Positions 60,601 to 64,000 of a stretch of DNA of 64,000 nt are shown here, in pieces. Both the position numbers and the translations under genes were made by a program. Where the stretch lies: the NCBI RefSeq assembly GCF_036971445.1, contig NC_091476.1, positions 97,960,001 to 98,024,000 of the forward strand, read 5' to 3'. The DNA comes from Narcine bancroftii (lineage: Eukaryota). The notes beneath the pieces were generated by a model. That model saw nothing but the letters and a program-made list of their open reading frames with translations. It ran no database searches and was not told where the DNA came from. Positions within the stretch are counted from its first letter, which is position 1, and each line of letters opens with the position of its first letter.

Positions 60601-61632
60601 TCTGAAGTTTCCTCCTTTGGAAACTGTTCTAATGCAGCTTCTTCCCTTTCCTACATAGTGCTTAATAATCTTTTGGGCAATTTCCTTTTTTTTCATCCCA
60701 GTTTTTACTGTAAGAAGTTTTAACTTGTCAACTATAACCATCAGTTCTGACTTTTTAGCATTTTTAAATTAACCACTGAAGAGTTCACTATGAACTGGTC
60801 AATATTCATATTTGCTGGTTTTTCTGCTAGTGATTTATACACTCACCGTTTATTTTTAATTTCAAGTTGGAGGTTGAGTCAAACTCAGACAACTGATAAC
60901 TAAGCACAAGTCAATTGCCCCTACAGCTTCCAAATTATGCTACAAGATCAAACCAGCAACCACAAAGAAGGCATATCATACAGAGCTAAAGATGAACAAT
61001 GACTTTATTAACAAAAATTCACCTTCAAACTTTAATTCAAATCCCCCCTTTTATAACAATGCCCACTGGTTACTATGCAAATTTCTATAACAGCGTAAAA
61101 CTAATAAATTCCCCAGCCTAAATATAACATATGTAATTAAAGTCTAAGTTTTTTTTTTCCAACCAGCCCACAGAAAAACTTAGACACAAAACACACAAGA
61201 CTCTCAAAACTTTGATCTCAATCGAAGCAAAGATCATAAATAAAATTCAGTTTGTTTGGTAAACTGAAGCCAAAAGGTCTTTGAGAGAGAGCACAAAATT
61301 TGAAGTTCTCTTTTGTTGCTGGCAGACCAATGGCTTGGTCTGGATCCTTCTGGCTGCCTTCAGAATGTTCATCCATTTTAAAATGCCCAACATTCTAAAC
61401 TGTCTTCCAGGCAATGACTCATGTTTTGAGCCTCTTTACACTTCACAGCCACACCCAGTGGTGGTTTGTCCTCCATGTCCAGAAATTTTTAGATCATTTT
61501 CTGCACAGGCCCAGTCTGTCTCTCACTCTCTCAGCAGTCCACCTTCACCTTGGCTCGCTAAGGCAAACTGTCACTTTCCAACACAAAACCGCACAACACA
61601 TAGGCCAATACACAACACAGAACTCTGTAACA
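57611..61632 (-). mobile_element. Gmr1-like Ty3/Gypsy element (gag/SCAN-PR-IN order; RT/RH deleted), degenerate
   Basis: Diverged LTRs 57611-58258 and 60938-61632; 4-bp TSD AAAG; PPT AGGGGAGG. Gag YFQHFEKV..W..LKGKAQ..YELVPDAYRQKFR; protease ILWDTGA; IN CRTCHTCQ, VDCV, SAYHPESQGALERFH. Confidence 0.9.
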
Positions 61633-63419
61633 AAAGAAATAAAATTAAAGAGGATTAAAGTAGAATTATAACAGTGACTATGTTTCAACTATGAATACGA
61701 TACCAGCAAAACAGTAATTTGGGATTTAACAAGGTAAAATGTGCTAAAATCTTTCACAGGAGAGTAACCAACATAGGGTATCAGCAGCAGTTTTAAGGAG
61801 GTAACAGAGATAGAGAGGCTTAGGGTCTTGCTTGATGAAAGCAATGAGCAATTAGAATCAGAAATGCAGAAGAAGCCAGAATTGGAAAAATGATAGAATC
61901 ATAGAAAATATCTGACTCAGAAGAAGGTCACAGTCCTTTCTGCTAGATGAAAAAGCTCACTGCCTGCAGCCATTTCCTAGAACTCGATCCAGATACTTGA
62001 AGGTCACTGCTCTCCAAGTGCATATCCATGCTTTGAAGTTCCTGCCTCTGCTATCCTTTGAAGGAGTGAATTCCTAACTCCCACTGCTCTCTGGTTGAAA
62101 TAAATAATTTTTACTATTTATTCCTTTCAGATCCCTTTCAGAGACCTTACTTAAATCTCCCACAGACTTCTAAAATCACAAATCTAGCCTATCTTATCCT
62201 TGGTTGAAGCTAAAAATATTTCCAATCCTGGCAATAAATTTCTTTTGAATGCTCTGTAATCGCATCTTTCCTGCTCTGTGGTGAACAGAACACTGAGCAG
62301 TTGTGTACACTTATAGCATAACCTATCTGTTCATTAATTCTATGCCTTAGCCAATGAAGAAGAGTATCCCACACGCCTTATTAATCATGTAATCTTTGCT
62401 CCTATTTATATAACAAAAGATTGCTGACCCCTGTGGAGCCTCACTGAAAATGGCTTTCCATTTGAAAAAAAAACATTTGTCCTTTAGGTACATAATTGTC
62501 TTGAATCCAATCTGCAGTTCTCCCACTGTTCCCTTATGCTTTTATTGGCATACCTGCCAAATACAGACATAAATCTATTTAGCCGATATTCATATCTTGA
62601 TTGACTTTCCCAATTGCCGACTAAAATACTTCACATATGACCTTCCTTTAACAAATCCGTGAGAACCTTTCTAAATGAAGATTTATATCATCTCTCTAAA
62701 CTAATTCCAATCATTTTTCCACTGTTTTAATTGTGAATAAGCCCCTAGAGACTGAAGCTGGTCAATGTAGAAGGTCTTTCTTTAGCAGGACAAAGAAGCA
62801 TTCAGATGGCGACCTATTGGATGATTGTCTTTTGAGAGAAACACAGTGGAATCTCTCTAAACTCAAAGAACATCCATGCCTTTATATTTATCTGTTATCA
62901 AAATGCTAAACATAATTTTATTTTATTTAATTCAGTGATACAGGTCCTACTGGCCTATAAACCCATGCCACCTAAATGCACCCATGTGACCAATTAACCC
63001 ATGTGACCATGTGGGAGAAAACTGGAGCATGCAGGCATGGTGAGAACATATAAACTCCTTACAGACAGTGTTCCTGCCATAATGGTGATCCACTAATCAT
63101 GCTACCTCACAACTGTGAGCAAATCTTTTCTTGTGATGTCTGTCCTGTCCAAAATTTCTCATTATCCCTCTTTAACTCAATATCAGCATTGTTTGCTAAC
63201 CCCAAAATATTACTCAAGAATTCACTCGCAGGCCTCTGCCTCTTCATATAGACTAACTTTTGATATTCTTTCCTTCATTACACTGGACAACCTTTTTTTT
63301 CAAAAGAATTGCTTCCTGGAAAAAAAAGGGAATTGTGATAGGACAACTTCAAGCTGAACACAAAGATAATTTCAGATTTGCTTTATCCAGGAAGCTGGAG
63401 AGACATTAAATTTACTTTT

Positions 63420-63810
63420 ATTGAATTTAGCATGTTTAATCACATAATGATGCTGACACTTTGCATTAGTTTAATTGATCTAAAAATGTTCTGTCATTGG
63501 TTTTTGATCGTACTCCACATCTGATGTCAGTGTCCAACAATAGTCGGCCAGCATTAATGGATTCCAGTTGCCCTGATGTTGCTTTTCCATGGTCATGATG
63601 TCCTGGTGAAACCTTTCACCATGTTCATCACTGACTGCAGGGAAAAAGTCCAAATGCAGAAAATGAATTTTCAATGACATGTTGCACAGGAAAACGGAAA
63701 ACAAAAAGGTTATTTTTGAAAGAAACAAGGCCATAGGAAACATTTAAGGTGGTTTTCATTTTCAGCTGGCCAAAATCTATAAAATACACCTATAAGTGTT
63801 TCAGAAGCAA
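63420..63810 (-). mobile_element. DNA-transposase C-terminal remnant (superfamily not assigned)
   Basis: MSLKIHFLHLDFFPAVSDEHGERFHQDI..QGNWNPLMLADYCWTL resembles a widespread transposase-derived motif (recognised from memory). Confidence 0.55.
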
Positions 63811-64000
63811 AAGCATCCAGTGTTATCCCTGTGCCCTTTATCTAATTGTAAAACATTTCTGGATTCTGTTTCCATTTATATGCCAGCATTTTTAATGTTC
63901 TTTTTCCGATTCCATAATTTCTCTTTTAATCTCACCCCTACCTTTTTCGGTACTTCTTTGATAATATTGTGCTCTTGGTGTTTGACATAATTTACCATTT

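Overview
Eukaryotic vertebrate genomic DNA, probably a cartilaginous fish (inferred from V-SINE/HE1-like SINEs plus Rex1/Babar, RTE, L1 and CR1 content). Most ORFs in the track are retroelement fragments or noise. One host gene can be reconstructed by hand on the + strand: a 10-exon, 483-aa type I Ig-superfamily receptor (12776-53747). Its layout is signal peptide, VJ-type V domain, C1/C2-set domain, I-set domain, TM, and a tail with an ITSM and several ITIMs; all splice phases are compatible. The surroundings are dense in mobile elements: (1) a degenerate class III (ERV-L/HERV-S-like) endogenous retrovirus with an env-like region, interrupted by a composite hAT element; (2) two divergent members of one Ty3/Gypsy lineage; (3) a CsRN1-like element interrupted by an RTE LINE; (4) a Gmr1-like element; (5) MITEs, LINEs and SINEs. 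The most striking observation concerns the two related Gypsy elements. Both lack a tRNA primer-binding site and instead carry, 1 nt after the LTR, a 14-17 nt sequence complementary to their own LTR poly(A)-signal region, although their LTRs are dissimilar. Both also have YxDN instead of YxDD in the RT. This suggests a tRNA-independent, self-priming lineage with a variant RT active site. All coordinates were counted by eye and no database searches were run.
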